64,000 bases of DNA from Candidatus Lindowbacteria bacterium RIFCSPLOWO2_12_FULL_62_27 (lineage in GTDB: Bacteria; Lindowbacteria; 2-12-FULL-62-27). Both the position numbers and the translations under genes were made by a program. The notes beneath the pieces are model-generated. The model did not search any database. It was not told the DNA's origin and worked only from the letters and a program-made list of their open reading frames with translations. This document shows positions 18,686-30,245 of the stretch, in pieces (positions within the stretch are counted from its first letter, which is position 1; the number at the start of each line of letters is the position of its first letter). The stretch covers positions 124,001 to 188,000 of the forward strand of contig MFPR01000026.1 in NCBI GenBank assembly GCA_001784175.1. Direction: 5' to 3'.

Positions 18686-20815
18686 ATGCGGATCATTCCT
18701 CTATTATTCATCGCGGCGGCGTTGGCCGGCCCGGTCGCCGCTGAAGACACGCCGGCCTCCCCGCTGGTTACGTTCGACTCCTTCGGACTCCCCTCGTACC
18801 TGACGATCCTCGAGGGAGAAAAGCGGCAGGAGGACTTGGAGGTCAAGCAGACGGTGCGGACATGGATGATCATGGCCTCCCGGATGTATTACGACGGGCA
18901 GTACCCGCAGGCCCGGCAGAAACTCGACGAAGGCATCCTGCGGGGATACTTTGTGCTCCATCAGAAGCGCATTCACTCGCGGGTGGATTTCATGACCGGC
19001 CGGCTCGACTCGTCGATCATGACGGCGGCTGAAATCGCATCCGACACCGACGCGGTGGTCGACGACCAGGACCGGCTCGACTTCCTCAAATCGGTCCGCC
19101 GGTATCTGGACGCGTCTTTGGAAACACAGGGAATGGCCTACAAGCCGGCAGCGGTCGTGAAGGGCGACGAGAAAGACAGGCAACGATTCATCACACCCGT
19201 CGGCGTGGAGGTCGACCGGCTGGGCCGCATTCTCCTGGCCAGTTTCGGAACGGACGAGGTCGTGGTGTTCACGAAGGGGCTTGAATTCCTGATGAAACTG
19301 TCCGACATCCCCTCCCCCTTCGACGTGGCGGTGGACGAGGACGGCAACATCTACGTCTCGTCCTTCAGTTCCGATCGCATCTTCCGATACAAAAGAGACG
19401 GCACGTTCTTGGGCGCATTCGGCCAGAAGGGCCGCGGGCCCGGCGAGTTTTTCGGCCCGGAAGGATTGGCGATCTCGCCGGATCGGTACCTCTACGTTGT
19501 GGATGGCGGCAACCATCGGATCCAGAAGTTCACCCTGGACGGCCGGCATCTCATGTCGTTCGGCTCGCGGGGCGGCCGGCCCGGAGAGTTTCAGTCGCCG
19601 AGGTCGGTCCTGGTTCGCACTACGCCGCGGACCGATACGTATGTCCTGCTGGTCATGTCCCAGGAAGGCAATCTGGTGCAGCGCTTCGACCGCTACGGGA
19701 ATTTTCTGGGCGTCGTGCCGACAGCGGATCTGGCCGAGCCGCGGGATTTTGACTGGACATCCGACCGGGGCCTGCTCTTTTCGACCGCGCATGGGGACCT
19801 TGCGGTCCTGGACGAAAAATCCGACACGCTGATTTTGTTGCAGGACGAATTCGGCAAGACCTATTCGTTCCCCGGCATGAGCGGCGTGGCGATCGACGGC
19901 GAGGCGGGACTGGTCTATGTCGCCGACCAGATCACGCATGAATTGCGGGTCCTTCGGCCCGGCACCATGGCGGAGCGGACGCTGCTGAACGTTTCGGATA
20001 TCGATTTTGAACATTACCCGTTTGTCGGCGTCACCTTCCAGGTCACCAACGGCAGCGGCGATCCGATCACGGGCCTGTCCCGGCGGAACTTCGTGGTACA
20101 GGAGGACAACAACCGCGTGGCTAAGTGGTCCGTCCGGCCCCTCTCGCAGACCGGCCCTCTCAATCTGATTGTCCATCTCGACCCTTCCTCCGCCATGGAC
20201 CGGCGCGCGGTGCTGGTCCGGACCTTTCTCGATAACCTGAGCCGCGCGCTCCCGACGGATTTTTATCTGTCGATCCGGAAGGGCCGCCGGACGCTGCTCA
20301 CGCCCACCGACAACCCGTATCTGATCCGGAAAAGCCTGGACCTGATCGACGAAATGGCCACGTCCACCTTTCCGGGCGATCTCTATGAAACGCTCTCGGC
20401 CTTCAAGGACCTCCGCGGCAGGCGCAACATTCTGCTGGTCACGACGCGCGAGGAGGACATCACGCCCGCGGACTTTTCGTCCCTCTTCCTCGACTTCCTC
20501 AACGAGGGCGTTTCCCTCTTTATCCTTCACCTCACCGACCGCCAATTGCCCGTGCTCAAGACGCTCTGCCGGCGCAGCGGCGGGAGCTACCGGCAGCTCC
20601 AGCAGACGTCGATTTCCGACATCGCCTTTGAACTGGCCTCCTCCAAGACCGCCTCCTATTTCCTCGTCTATGCCAGCCCCTACGGAACGCTTCAGCAGAA
20701 CACCCCGGTCGATGTCACCCTCCGGCTCTACTACCTCACCGACGTGGTCTCCGACAGGCTGAGATACTTCGCGCCGCAGCTCGGCCGTCAGGCTGTGGGG
20801 GAGCACGCAAAATAA
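18686..20815 (+). CDS. Secreted NHL-repeat beta-propeller protein with C-terminal VWA-like domain
   Basis: Signal peptide; NHL repeats (FGQKGRGPGEFFGPEGLA...YVVDGGNHRIQKF); PITGLSRRNFVVQED followed by VWA-like region. Confidence 0.8.
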   Translation: MRIIPLLFIAAALAGPVAAEDTPASPLVTFDSFGLPSYLTILEGEKRQEDLEVKQTVRTWMIMASRMYYDGQYPQARQKLDEGILRGYFVLHQKRIHSRVDFMTGRLDSSIMTAAEIASDTDAVVDDQDRLDFLKSVRRYLDASLETQGMAYKPAAVVKGDEKDRQRFITPVGVEVDRLGRILLASFGTDEVVVFTKGLEFLMKLSDIPSPFDVAVDEDGNIYVSSFSSDRIFRYKRDGTFLGAFGQKGRGPGEFFGPEGLAISPDRYLYVVDGGNHRIQKFTLDGRHLMSFGSRGGRPGEFQSPRSVLVRTTPRTDTYVLLVMSQEGNLVQRFDRYGNFLGVVPTADLAEPRDFDWTSDRGLLFSTAHGDLAVLDEKSDTLILLQDEFGKTYSFPGMSGVAIDGEAGLVYVADQITHELRVLRPGTMAERTLLNVSDIDFEHYPFVGVTFQVTNGSGDPITGLSRRNFVVQEDNNRVAKWSVRPLSQTGPLNLIVHLDPSSAMDRRAVLVRTFLDNLSRALPTDFYLSIRKGRRTLLTPTDNPYLIRKSLDLIDEMATSTFPGDLYETLSAFKDLRGRRNILLVTTREEDITPADFSSLFLDFLNEGVSLFILHLTDRQLPVLKTLCRRSGGSYRQLQQTSISDIAFELASSKTASYFLVYASPYGTLQQNTPVDVTLRLYYLTDVVSDRLRYFAPQLGRQAVGEHAK

Positions 20816-20850
20816 ATTCGACGGCCAGTTTTCTGGCGGCCCGGATTCTG

Positions 20851-21480
20851 ATGGTCAAGGACCAGTTGCGCCGCCGGGGCATCCGGAACGAGCGGGTCCT
20901 GGAGGCGTTCCGGACGGCGCCGAGGGAAAAGTTTGTGGCGCCGGAGGACCAGGAGCGGGCCCACGACGACGAGCCGCTCAAGATCGGGTACGGCCAGACC
21001 ATTTCTCAGCCGTACATCGTCGCGCTCACCTGCCAGGCCCTCGACCCGGCGCCGTCGGATTGCGTCCTGGAAATCGGCGCCGGGTCCGGATACGAAACGG
21101 CCATCCTCGCGAGCCTCTGCAGAAAGGTCGTGTCGATCGAGCGGGTTCCGGAGTTGTGCGACAGCGCGCGCCGGCGTCTGGGCGAATTGGGAATCACCAA
21201 CGCGCAGGTCCTCCTGTCCGACGGTACCCTCGGCGCTCCGGACTTCGCGCCCTTCGACGCCATCGCCGTAACCGCCGCGGCGCCCGACCTGCCCGTGCCC
21301 TTGGCCGGCCAGCTCCGTGCGAACGGCCGGATGGTGATTCCGATCGGCAACCGTGTCGTGCAGGAGCTGTTCCTCTATCGAAAACCTCCGGATGGTCCGA
21401 TGTCGCGCGAGAAGCTGTGCGACTGCCGGTTCGTATCGCTGATCGGCCGGCACGGGTTCCCGGACCCGGCCGCGTCTTGA
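20851..21480 (+). CDS. pcm: Protein-L-isoaspartate O-methyltransferase
   Basis: IGYGQTISQPY, LEIGAGSGY, APFDAIAVTAA. Confidence 0.95.
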   Translation: MVKDQLRRRGIRNERVLEAFRTAPREKFVAPEDQERAHDDEPLKIGYGQTISQPYIVALTCQALDPAPSDCVLEIGAGSGYETAILASLCRKVVSIERVPELCDSARRRLGELGITNAQVLLSDGTLGAPDFAPFDAIAVTAAAPDLPVPLAGQLRANGRMVIPIGNRVVQELFLYRKPPDGPMSREKLCDCRFVSLIGRHGFPDPAAS

Positions 21481-21560
21481 AAATCGTCGGTTCGTGTGAT
21501 TAGAAGGAGTGAGTCTGCCGGCGTCAGGCTGGCAGGGATTCCCCTCAGGTCTGCAAGGGA

Positions 21561-21635
21561 CGGGGTGTAGCTCAGCTTGGCTAGAGCGCTTGGTTCGGGA
21601 CCAAGAGGCCCCGAGTTCGAATCTCGGCACCCCGA
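21561..21635 (+). tRNA. tRNA-Pro (anticodon CGG)
   Basis: Acceptor CGGGGTG/CACCCCG; anticodon arm CTTGG-TTCGGGA-CCAAG; T-loop GTTCGAAT; CCA not encoded. Confidence 0.95.
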
Positions 21636-21718
21636 TATCAGGATGATATCGCACCCGGAGGCGGGAATTCTGCGAAGCCTGGATGGCGGAGCAGCCGCCG
21701 GAGGGTGCGAATACATAG

Positions 21719-21991
21719 ATGGTTAGACTTACATTGAAGATCGCAGGCCGCGTCCAGGGCGTGGGATTTCGATGGTTTGTCCTGGATGAGGCGCAGCGCT
21801 TGGGGTTGGTCGGTTACGTGCGCAACCTGAGGAACGGATGCGTTGAAGTTCTTGCGGAGGGGGACGCCGAATCGCTGGCGGAACTTGAACGGATGTGCCG
21901 CCAGGGTCCGCGGTCGGCGCGGGTGGAAGCTGTGGAAAAATCGTCGGCGCCTGTGTCATCTGCGGGCTGCACTAGCTTTGAAATCAGGTAA
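21719..21991 (+). CDS. acyP: Acylphosphatase
   Basis: GRVQGVGFR, GYVRN..GCVE. Confidence 0.93.
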   Translation: MVRLTLKIAGRVQGVGFRWFVLDEAQRLGLVGYVRNLRNGCVEVLAEGDAESLAELERMCRQGPRSARVEAVEKSSAPVSSAGCTSFEIR

Positions 21992-21994
21992 TCC

Positions 21995-23224
21995 ATGAAG
22001 AAAAAAAAGTTGATGGAGACGATCTTGGAGCGCGCCGGCGGGCGCGGCGGGAAAGTGGCGCTGTCGAAGATCCTCGACACGATCGAGGACCCCGGCCTTC
22101 CCGCCGATGACGCCCACCTGCCCGAGGTCGTCGCAAAGATCTCGAAGCAGGTGGAGATCGTCGACGACCTGGCCGTCGAAGAGACCCCCGCCGCGAAGGA
22201 GCCGCCGACGGTCGGCGAGACCAAGAACACCCTGTCTCTCTACTTCCGCGAGTTGTCCAGAATCCCGCTTCTTCGCCGGGAGGAGGAGGTTCTTCTGGCG
22301 CGGAAAATTGAGGAAAGCCGGACCGGGTTGCCCAAACTGTGCCGCAAGGAAAAAATTCCGACCCGCCTCATGCGCAAGCTCGTCACGCTTCCGACCCGCC
22401 GCCAGCGCCGGATGCTCCTGGCCGCGCACAAAATCCGCGTCGGCCGACGCGAGCGCGTCCTCGCCGAGATGGACCGGCTGGAACGGCTCTACGCTCGGGC
22501 AAAGGAAAAAATGGTGCTGTCGAATTTGCGGCTCGTGGTTTCGGTCGCCAAGCGATATCAGAATCTGGGTACGCCCCTGGCCGACCTCATCAACGAGGGC
22601 AACCTGGGGCTCCTCAAGGCCGTCGACAAGTACAACTACAAATTGGGATTCCGGTTCAGCACCTACGCCACCTGGTACATCCGCCAGGCCATCTCGCGGG
22701 CCCTGACCGACAAGAGCCGCGCCATACGGCTGCCCGCGCACATCGCCGAGAGCATGAGCCGCTTCATCCGCGTCAAGATGCGGCTCTCCCACGAGCTCGG
22801 ACGGGAACCGACCGCACACGAGATCGCCAAGGCGCTCAAGCAGCCGCACAAGCGCGTCATCGAACTCATGCAAGTCTCCCAGGACACCGCCTCCCTCGAC
22901 ATGCCCATCGGCCGGGAAAAAGACACATTGCTGTCAGAAATCCTCGAGGAGGAGGGACCCGATACCTATTTCCGGAAACTGAACATCTCCTTCCTCTATG
23001 ACGAACTCAAAAAAATGCTTGAAACCCTCACGCCGCGCGAGCAGACCATCATCAAACTCCGTTTCGGCATGGACGGCATCCAGCCCAAAACCCTCCATGA
23101 AATCGGCGAGGAACTCGGACTCACACGGGAACGGATACGCCAGATCGAGGAACGGACGCTCGGCAAACTCAAAAACCTCTGCATCCGCAGAAATGTCTAC
23201 GAATTCTTGAGCGACGTCGGATAG
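21995..23224 (+). CDS. Sigma70-family RNA polymerase sigma factor (group 2/RpoS-like)
   Basis: NLRLVVSVAK, DLINEGNLGLLKAVDK, FSTYATWYIRQ, TRERIRQIE. Confidence 0.9.
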   Translation: MKKKKLMETILERAGGRGGKVALSKILDTIEDPGLPADDAHLPEVVAKISKQVEIVDDLAVEETPAAKEPPTVGETKNTLSLYFRELSRIPLLRREEEVLLARKIEESRTGLPKLCRKEKIPTRLMRKLVTLPTRRQRRMLLAAHKIRVGRRERVLAEMDRLERLYARAKEKMVLSNLRLVVSVAKRYQNLGTPLADLINEGNLGLLKAVDKYNYKLGFRFSTYATWYIRQAISRALTDKSRAIRLPAHIAESMSRFIRVKMRLSHELGREPTAHEIAKALKQPHKRVIELMQVSQDTASLDMPIGREKDTLLSEILEEEGPDTYFRKLNISFLYDELKKMLETLTPREQTIIKLRFGMDGIQPKTLHEIGEELGLTRERIRQIEERTLGKLKNLCIRRNVYEFLSDVG

Positions 23225-23250
23225 AACACGTCGAAAGGAGATTGCTCTTC

Positions 23251-23772
23251 ATGCCCACGACCGACTGGACAAAACTGATTCGCGATATCCCCGATTTCCC
23301 CAAACCCGGCATCCTCTTCAAGGACATCACGCCCATCCTGGCGGACCCTGCGGCCTTCCGGCAGGTCGTCGACCAGTTGGAGGCGGCCGCCCGGCCTTTG
23401 AATGTGCAGAAGATTGTCGCGCCGGAGGCTCGCGGCTTCATTTTCGCCGCCCCGCTCGCGCTCCGCATCGGCGCCGGCATGGCGCCGGTTCGGAAAAAGA
23501 AGAAGCTCCCCTACAAGACCGTGTCGGTTTCCTACGAACTCGAATACGGCACCGACACCATCGAAATGCACGAGGACGCCGTCCGAAAGGGCGAGCGCGT
23601 CCTCATCCTGGACGACCTCCTCGCCACCGGCGGCACATCCGCCGCCATCGCCGAGCTCGTCCGGAAACTGGGCGGCGCCGTCGTCGCTTATCTGTTCTGC
23701 CTGGAACTGACGTTCCTGCCGGGTCGCAAGCGCCTCGAGCCGGTGGAGGTCATCGCGCTCCACAAAATATAG
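23251..23772 (+). CDS. apt: Adenine phosphoribosyltransferase
   Basis: IPDFPKPGILFKDIT, EARGF, LDDLLATGGT. Confidence 0.95.
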   Translation: MPTTDWTKLIRDIPDFPKPGILFKDITPILADPAAFRQVVDQLEAAARPLNVQKIVAPEARGFIFAAPLALRIGAGMAPVRKKKKLPYKTVSVSYELEYGTDTIEMHEDAVRKGERVLILDDLLATGGTSAAIAELVRKLGGAVVAYLFCLELTFLPGRKRLEPVEVIALHKI

Positions 23773-23837
23773 CCCGCCGGGACCCCCTATATATATATGG
23801 AGAGGCGCCGGGCCGGAAAGAGGGGTCTATTGTAGAT

Positions 23838-23865
23838 TCAAGATTCTCCGGCGTGGGGTCGAAAA
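23838..23865 (+). promoter_or_regulatory. Candidate sigma28-type promoter for fliD
   Basis: TCAA-N16-GTCGAAAA resembles TAAA-N15/16-GCCGATAA. Confidence 0.35.
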
Positions 23866-23957
23866 TATAAACAGAGGCTCTCCCCGCCGGCCAAAGGGGG
23901 GAGGGGCCCGGCCAGGAGGGCTGGGTGAGGGAAGACCGCAAGGGAGTGTGAGCGATC

Positions 23958-25772
23958 ATGCCGATACAGCTGGGCGGGATCATTTCCGGCGTGGACACGG
24001 ACGACGTGATCCAGAAGCTGATGGAAGTGGATGCCCGCAACAAGACAGTGCTGGAAACCCGCAAGACCAATATTGAAAGCATCAAGGACCTCTTCGCGAC
24101 GTTTCAGACCAAGCTCCTGACGCTGAAGGGCGAGTCCGACACGCTCCAGCTTTCGAGCACGTTTCAAAAGCGCAGCACGGCCTCGACAGACACCAGTGTC
24201 GTGACCGCAAGCGCCGCCGACGGCGCCACGCCCGGCACCTACGCCATCCTCGTCGACCGGCTGGCCACGCAGTCGTCGAACCAGAGCACGGCCCAAGTCA
24301 ACACGAACATCTCCAGGCGCAGCACCATCGCCGTTTCGCCGGGGACCTCTCCCGTCGACCTTACGAAATCCTTCGCCGACAACATCTCCGCCGGCCTTCT
24401 GCCGTCTACGCTGGACACCTCGACCACGGTGACGGTAACGACCGATGTCGCCGCCCGCACGACGGCGGCCCTCAGCACTTTTTCCAACGTCCAGGCCTTT
24501 ATCGACGACATCAACAACAATCTCGCCACCGCCAACTTCTACTATGATTCCACCAACGACCGGTTCGTCGTCGAGCGCAAAAATAATGCCGGCGCCGGGA
24601 CCCTGTCACTCGCCAATTCCGCCCCCGGCGCGGGCTTGGTCGGTTTCTGGTCCGCGGCGAACATCGCCACGGGCGCGGCCGCCTCCAATGAGAGCGGCCT
24701 CAACTCGTCGGCCACCCTTGCCGCCCTCAACACCGATACCGCCATCACCTCCGGCACAGGGTCCTTCAAGATCAACGGCACCAGTATCACCTACGACACC
24801 GCCAGCGACACCCTCCAGAACCTGATCGACCGCATCAACAACAGTTCCGCCACCACCGGCGTCGCCGCTTTTTACGACCAGTCGCTTGACAGGGTCGTCC
24901 TTCAGCGCACGGCGGAGGGACCGCACTCGATCACGATCGATACGTCGGGCGGTATCGACGCCCGGGGCGTCATCAGTTCCCTCAAACTGACCGGTGCGAC
25001 CACGACCGGTGTCCAGTCCATCTTCAGCATCAACGGCAACACCATCACCGCCGACACCAATTCCTATACCTTCAACGGCATCACGCTCAGCTTGAAAAAA
25101 CAGGGCGACGCCGATGGCACCGTGGAGTCGACCGACGCCTCCGCCAGCGTCTCCATCACGCAGGACTCGGCCAGCGTCTCCACTGCCATCAAGGATTTCG
25201 TCACCGCCTATAACGACATTGTCCAGTTCTACGTCGACAACGCCGGCTACGACGCCGCCACCCGGACGGCCGGCAAACTCTTTGGCGACAGCCTTGTCAA
25301 CAACATCGATTCGCGCCTCAGGCGCCTCCTCTTCCAGTCCCAGCCGGCCCTCACCGACACGCACGAGCTTCTCGCACAGCTCGGGATTGAACTCGGAGAC
25401 TTCAACTCGCCGGACGAAAACAAGCTCATCGTGGACGACAGCAAACTCTCCAGCGCCATCGCTTCCAACCCCACGGCCGTCGAACAGCTCTTCGGTCGGT
25501 CCACCACCGGCGGCACGATCAAAACGGCCGGCATCGCGGTCGACATCACCAACTACATCGACGATCTGACCAAGTCCGGTGGGATCGTCGATCTCAAGGA
25601 AGAAGTTCTCACCGACCGCATCGACGACATCGACGTGCGCATCGCCCGGGAGGACGATCGGCTCGCGCGCATGGAGGCGAGCCTGCGCCGCCAGTTCAAC
25701 GACATGGAAACGGCACTCGCCACGCTCAACGCCGAAGGCTCCTCCATCGTCGCGCAGTTGTCGCGCTTGTAG
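23958..25772 (+). CDS. fliD: Flagellar filament capping protein
   Basis: [17 protein letters not shown]-terminus; [28 protein letters not shown]-terminus. Confidence 0.92.
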   Translation: MPIQLGGIISGVDTDDVIQKLMEVDARNKTVLETRKTNIESIKDLFATFQTKLLTLKGESDTLQLSSTFQKRSTASTDTSVVTASAADGATPGTYAILVDRLATQSSNQSTAQVNTNISRRSTIAVSPGTSPVDLTKSFADNISAGLLPSTLDTSTTVTVTTDVAARTTAALSTFSNVQAFIDDINNNLATANFYYDSTNDRFVVERKNNAGAGTLSLANSAPGAGLVGFWSAANIATGAAASNESGLNSSATLAALNTDTAITSGTGSFKINGTSITYDTASDTLQNLIDRINNSSATTGVAAFYDQSLDRVVLQRTAEGPHSITIDTSGGIDARGVISSLKLTGATTTGVQSIFSINGNTITADTNSYTFNGITLSLKKQGDADGTVESTDASASVSITQDSASVSTAIKDFVTAYNDIVQFYVDNAGYDAATRTAGKLFGDSLVNNIDSRLRRLLFQSQPALTDTHELLAQLGIELGDFNSPDENKLIVDDSKLSSAIASNPTAVEQLFGRSTTGGTIKTAGIAVDITNYIDDLTKSGGIVDLKEEVLTDRIDDIDVRIAREDDRLARMEASLRRQFNDMETALATLNAEGSSIVAQLSRL

Positions 25773-25807
25773 GCCTCCCCAGCCCCGAAAAAATCCGTCC
25801 GGGAAAC

Positions 25808-25836
25808 TTGACAGCCCCTCCGTCCGAAACTACACT
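25808..25836 (+). promoter_or_regulatory. Sigma70 promoter of the str operon
   Basis: TTGACA-N17-TACACT about 30 nt upstream of rpsL. Confidence 0.75.
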
Positions 25837-25867
25837 CGGCGATTATTCGAGTGGCAAAGGAGTGAGT

Positions 25868-26245
25868 ATGCCCACGATCCAGCAACTGGTGCGGCATGGC
25901 CGGCAGATCAAGGTGGGAAAGGACAAAACACCTGCTCTGCGCGGGTCGCCCCAGCGTCGCGGCGTCTGCACGCGTGTGTATGTGACGACGCCCAAAAAAC
26001 CGAACTCGGCCCTGCGCAAAGTCGCGCGAGTGCGCCTCACGTCCGGATTCGAAGTCACCTCTTACATTCCGGGCGAGGGGCATAATCTGCAGGAGCACTC
26101 CGTCGTGATGATTCGCGGGGGCCGCGTGAAAGACTTGCCGGGGGTGCGATATCACATCATCCGCGGAAGTCTCGATTGCGAGGGTGTGGGCGCTCGGAAA
26201 CAGCAGCGGTCCAAGTACGGCGCCAAACGGCCTAAAAAAGAGTAG
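25868..26245 (+). CDS. rpsL: 30S ribosomal protein S12
   Basis: [32 protein letters not shown]. Confidence 0.98.
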   Translation: MPTIQQLVRHGRQIKVGKDKTPALRGSPQRRGVCTRVYVTTPKKPNSALRKVARVRLTSGFEVTSYIPGEGHNLQEHSVVMIRGGRVKDLPGVRYHIIRGSLDCEGVGARKQQRSKYGAKRPKKE

Positions 26246-26399
26246 GCCGCGCGGCGGGTATCGAATACCCGCGCTTCGCATTTCTTCGCGAAGTCCTATC
26301 CGCTCGATACAGTTTGGCCCATGGGTTCCCCGGAGCGGATTTTTTGTGCCTGACCGCGCCGGATGTGATGTGGGATACAGGCCAGGAGGTTGTTGAGTC

Positions 26400-26873
26400 A
26401 TGCCGAGAAGGAAAAGGATTCTCAAGCGCCGGATGCCGGCGCCGGACGCCAAGTTCGGAAATGTCATTGCGTCCCGGTTCATCAACTCGTTGCTCTACGA
26501 CGGCAAGAAGTCCGTTGCCGAGCGGATCTTCTACCGCGCCTTGGACCAGGCGCAGTCGAAGGCCGGCAAGCCCGGTCTGCAGGTGCTTCTGACGGCGATG
26601 GACAACGTCAAGCCCGAGGTGGAGGTCAAGTCCCGTCGTGTGGGCGGCGCGACCTATCAGGTGCCGGTGGAGGTCCTGCCGGCGCGCCGCGAGTCTCTGG
26701 CCATCCGCTGGATGATTTTCGCGGCCCGGGAGCGCAACAACCATGGCATGGTGGACGCGCTGTCGGGCGAGATCCTGGATGCATACAACCGCGCGGGTGG
26801 CGCATTCAAAAAGAAGGAGGACGTGCACAAAATGGCCGAAGCCAACAAGGCCTTTGCGCACTATCGGTGGTAA
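26400..26873 (+). CDS. rpsG: 30S ribosomal protein S7
   Basis: [29 protein letters not shown]. Confidence 0.98.
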   Translation: MPRRKRILKRRMPAPDAKFGNVIASRFINSLLYDGKKSVAERIFYRALDQAQSKAGKPGLQVLLTAMDNVKPEVEVKSRRVGGATYQVPVEVLPARRESLAIRWMIFAARERNNHGMVDALSGEILDAYNRAGGAFKKKEDVHKMAEANKAFAHYRW

Positions 26874-26875
26874 AG

Positions 26876-28981
26876 ATGGCGCAGGCAACCCTCCCACAGA
26901 TCAACGTCCCCCTCGATCGGGTCCGCAACATCGGCATTGTGGCCCACATCGACGCCGGAAAAACCACGACGACCGAACGCATCCTCTTCTACACCGGCCG
27001 GACCCACAAGATCGGCGAGGTCCACGACGGCAACACCGAGATGGACTGGATGGCGCAGGAGCGCGAGCGCGGCATCACCATCACCGCCGCCGCCACCACC
27101 TGCTTCTGGCATGACCACCGTTTCAACATCATCGACACGCCCGGCCACGTCGATTTCACCATGGAGGTCGAGCGCTCCCTCCGGGTTCTGGACGGCGCCG
27201 TCATCGTCTTCTGCGGCGTCGGAGGCGTCGAGCCTCAGAGCGAGACCGTCTGGCGGCAGGCGACGCGCTACAACGTCCCGCGCATCTGTTTCGTCAACAA
27301 GCTCGACCGGCCCGGGTCCGATTATTACGAGGTCGTTAAACAGATATACGAAAAACTCGGCCATACGCCCCTGGCCGTGCAAATGCCGGTCGGCGCCGAG
27401 GACCAGTTCACCGGCGTGATCGATCTGGTCGAAATGAAATACATCAAGTGGCTCGAGGAAACGCTCGGCGCCAAATTCGAAATCATCGACGTCCCGCCAG
27501 AACTTCTCGACAAGGCTAAAGCGGCGCGCGAAAAAATGTTGGAAAAAATCGTCGAACTGGACGATGCGGCGATGGAGCTGTTCCTTGACGGCAAGCCCAT
27601 TGCGCCGCAGACCGTCCGCGAACTCATCCGCAAGGGTACCCTGGCCGGTAAATTCGTCCCGGTCCTCGGCGGCAGTTCCTTCAAAAACAAGGGCGTTCAG
27701 CCCCTCCTCGATAGCGTGGTCCAGTACCTTCCCTCGCCGGTCGACATCCCGCCCGTCAAGGGCATCAATCCCGACACGGACCAGCCGGACACCCGCCGGG
27801 CCGACCCCGCCGAGCCGCTCTCGGCGCTCGCCTTCAAAATCGCCACCGACCCATTTGTCGGCAAGCTCACGTTCATTCGAATCTATTCGGGCACGCTGGA
27901 CGCCGGCAGTTATGTCGTCAACACGCGCAACGGCCGCAAGGAACGCGTGGGCCGGGTCCTGCTCATGCATGCGAACAAGCGGGAGGAGCGGGATGCCCTG
28001 AGCGCCGGCGAGATCGGCGCCGTCGTCGGCCTTCAGGCCACCAAAACCGGCGACACGCTCTGCGGCCTCACCAAACACATCGTACTCGAATCGATGCGGA
28101 TTCCCGAGCCGGTCATCTCGATGGCGATCGAGCCGAAGACACGCGTCGACCAGGACAAGATGTCCGAGTCCTTGAACAAGCTGGCCGACGAGGATCCGAC
28201 GTTCCGGATCAGCGTCAACCATGAGACCGGCCAGACTCTGATTTCCGGCATGGGCGAACTGCATCTTGAAATTCTGATGGACCGGCTCAAGCGGGAATTC
28301 AATGTGGAAGCCAACGCCGGAAAACCCCAGGTCGCCTACAAGGAAACGATCCGCAAGAGTGCTGAGTCCGAAGGCAAATACATCCGGCAGACCGGCGGGC
28401 GCGGCCAGTACGGCCACGTGTGGCTGACCGTCGAGCCGATGGAGCGGGGCGGCGCGCAGAAATTCGAGTTCGTCAACAAGATCGTCGGCGGCGCGATCCC
28501 CAAGGAATACATACCGGCGGTGGAGAAGGGTGTGAAGGAGGCGATTCAGACCGGCGTATATGCCGGCTATCCGGTGATCGGCGTCCGCGTCACACTCTTC
28601 GACGGCTCCTTTCACGAGGTCGACTCCTCCGAAATCGCTTTCCACATCGCGGCCTCCAAGGCCTTCAAGGACGGCATCATGTCGGCCGACCCGGTCCTGC
28701 TGGAGCCGATCATGGACGTGGAGGTCACGACGCCGGAGGCCCAGATGGGCGACGTCATCGGCGATCTCTCGTCTCGCCGCGGACAGATCGTCACCAGCGA
28801 CCAGCGCGGCAACGTCCGCGTCATCCGCACCCTCGTCCCGCTCTCCGAAATGTTTGGTTACGCCACCACCATCCGGTCCCTCACGCAGGGTCGCGGCACG
28901 TTTGTCATGGAATTCAAGGAATACCAGGAAGTCCCCACGAACATCGCCAAGGAAATCGTGGGACTTCGAAAGAGCGCATAG
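26876..28981 (+). CDS. fusA: Elongation factor G
   Basis: [31 protein letters not shown]. Confidence 0.98.
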   Translation: MAQATLPQINVPLDRVRNIGIVAHIDAGKTTTTERILFYTGRTHKIGEVHDGNTEMDWMAQERERGITITAAATTCFWHDHRFNIIDTPGHVDFTMEVERSLRVLDGAVIVFCGVGGVEPQSETVWRQATRYNVPRICFVNKLDRPGSDYYEVVKQIYEKLGHTPLAVQMPVGAEDQFTGVIDLVEMKYIKWLEETLGAKFEIIDVPPELLDKAKAAREKMLEKIVELDDAAMELFLDGKPIAPQTVRELIRKGTLAGKFVPVLGGSSFKNKGVQPLLDSVVQYLPSPVDIPPVKGINPDTDQPDTRRADPAEPLSALAFKIATDPFVGKLTFIRIYSGTLDAGSYVVNTRNGRKERVGRVLLMHANKREERDALSAGEIGAVVGLQATKTGDTLCGLTKHIVLESMRIPEPVISMAIEPKTRVDQDKMSESLNKLADEDPTFRISVNHETGQTLISGMGELHLEILMDRLKREFNVEANAGKPQVAYKETIRKSAESEGKYIRQTGGRGQYGHVWLTVEPMERGGAQKFEFVNKIVGGAIPKEYIPAVEKGVKEAIQTGVYAGYPVIGVRVTLFDGSFHEVDSSEIAFHIAASKAFKDGIMSADPVLLEPIMDVEVTTPEAQMGDVIGDLSSRRGQIVTSDQRGNVRVIRTLVPLSEMFGYATTIRSLTQGRGTFVMEFKEYQEVPTNIAKEIVGLRKSA

Positions 28982-29033
28982 ATCATGAATACGGAGATTC
29001 AATTACCCTATCGAACGAGGAGGGAAATCCACC

Positions 29034-30224
29034 ATGTCCAAACAGAAATTTGACCGCACCAAACCCCACGTGAACATCGGGACCATCGGCCACGTCGACC
29101 ACGGCAAGACCACCCTGACTGCCGCCATCACACACGTGCTGGCCAGCAAGGGCCTGGCACAAGCCAAAAAGTATGACGAGATCGACAATGCGCCGGAGGA
29201 GAAGGAGCGCGGCGTCACCATCAACGCGCATCACGCCGAATATCAGACGGAAAACCGCCATTATGCCCATGTCGACTGCCCGGGACACGCGGACTACATC
29301 AAGAACATGATCACCGGCGCGGCACAGATGGACGGCGCTATTTTGGTCGTCTCCGCGGCGGACGGCCCCATGCCCCAGACACGCGAGCACATCCTTCTTG
29401 CGCGCCAGGTCGGCGTGCCGACCATGGTGGTCTTCCTCAACAAGTGCGACGCCGTGGACGATGCGGAGCTTCTCGACCTTGTGGAGGTCGAAGTCCGCGA
29501 CCTTCTGAAGAAGTACGGGTTTGACGGCGATAAGATTCCCGTCATCAAGGGCAGCGCCCTCGAGGCCCTCAACAATCCGACCAGTGCCGACAAGGTCAAG
29601 TGCATCACGGATCTCATGGCCGCCGTCGACAGCCACATCCCACTGCCGGTCCGGGACATCGACAAGCCCTTTTTGATGTCCGTCGAGGACGTCTTTTCCA
29701 TCTCCGGACGCGGCACTGTCGCGACCGGCCGCGTTGAGCGTGGGAAGCTCAAGGTCGGCGAGGAAGTGGAGATTGTCGGCATCAAGGCCACCACGAAGAC
29801 GGTCGTGACCGGCCTTGAGATGTTTCGCAAGACGCTTGATTACACCGAGGCCGGAGACAACGTCGGGGCGCTGCTTCGCGGTATTGAAAAAGAGGGCGTC
29901 GAGCGCGGCCAGGTCTTGGCCAGGCCCGGCACCATCAATCCGCACAAAAAGTACAAGGCCGAGGTCTATGTCCTGACCAAGGACGAAGGCGGACGGCACA
30001 CGCCGTTCTTCCCGGGGTATCGCCCGCAGTTCTATTTCCGGACGACCGACGTCACTGGATCGGTCATTCTACCGGCTGACGTCAAAATGGTCATGCCCGG
30101 CGACAACATCAACACGGACATCGAACTCATCACGCCCATCGCCATGGAAAAGGAGCAGCGGTTCGCCATCCGTGAGGGTGGCCGCACCGTCGGCGCCGGG
30201 GTCGTGACGGAGATCGTCGAGTAG
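29034..30224 (+). CDS. tuf: Elongation factor Tu
   Basis: [28 protein letters not shown]. Confidence 0.99.
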   Translation: MSKQKFDRTKPHVNIGTIGHVDHGKTTLTAAITHVLASKGLAQAKKYDEIDNAPEEKERGVTINAHHAEYQTENRHYAHVDCPGHADYIKNMITGAAQMDGAILVVSAADGPMPQTREHILLARQVGVPTMVVFLNKCDAVDDAELLDLVEVEVRDLLKKYGFDGDKIPVIKGSALEALNNPTSADKVKCITDLMAAVDSHIPLPVRDIDKPFLMSVEDVFSISGRGTVATGRVERGKLKVGEEVEIVGIKATTKTVVTGLEMFRKTLDYTEAGDNVGALLRGIEKEGVERGQVLARPGTINPHKKYKAEVYVLTKDEGGRHTPFFPGYRPQFYFRTTDVTGSVILPADVKMVMPGDNINTDIELITPIAMEKEQRFAIREGGRTVGAGVVTEIVE

Positions 30225-30245
30225 AGAGCGCGGAGGACAGCAAAG

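Noticed and set aside
18704-20806. Long antisense ORFs (also 26861-29002, 38830-41010, 59260-61248 and others)
   Set aside because: Shadow frames opposite well-supported genes in high-GC DNA; no recognisable motifs.
26390-26875. Apparent 863-aa EF-G or S7-EF-G fusion
   Set aside because: The extension overlaps rpsG in another frame; EF-G similarity begins near 26876.
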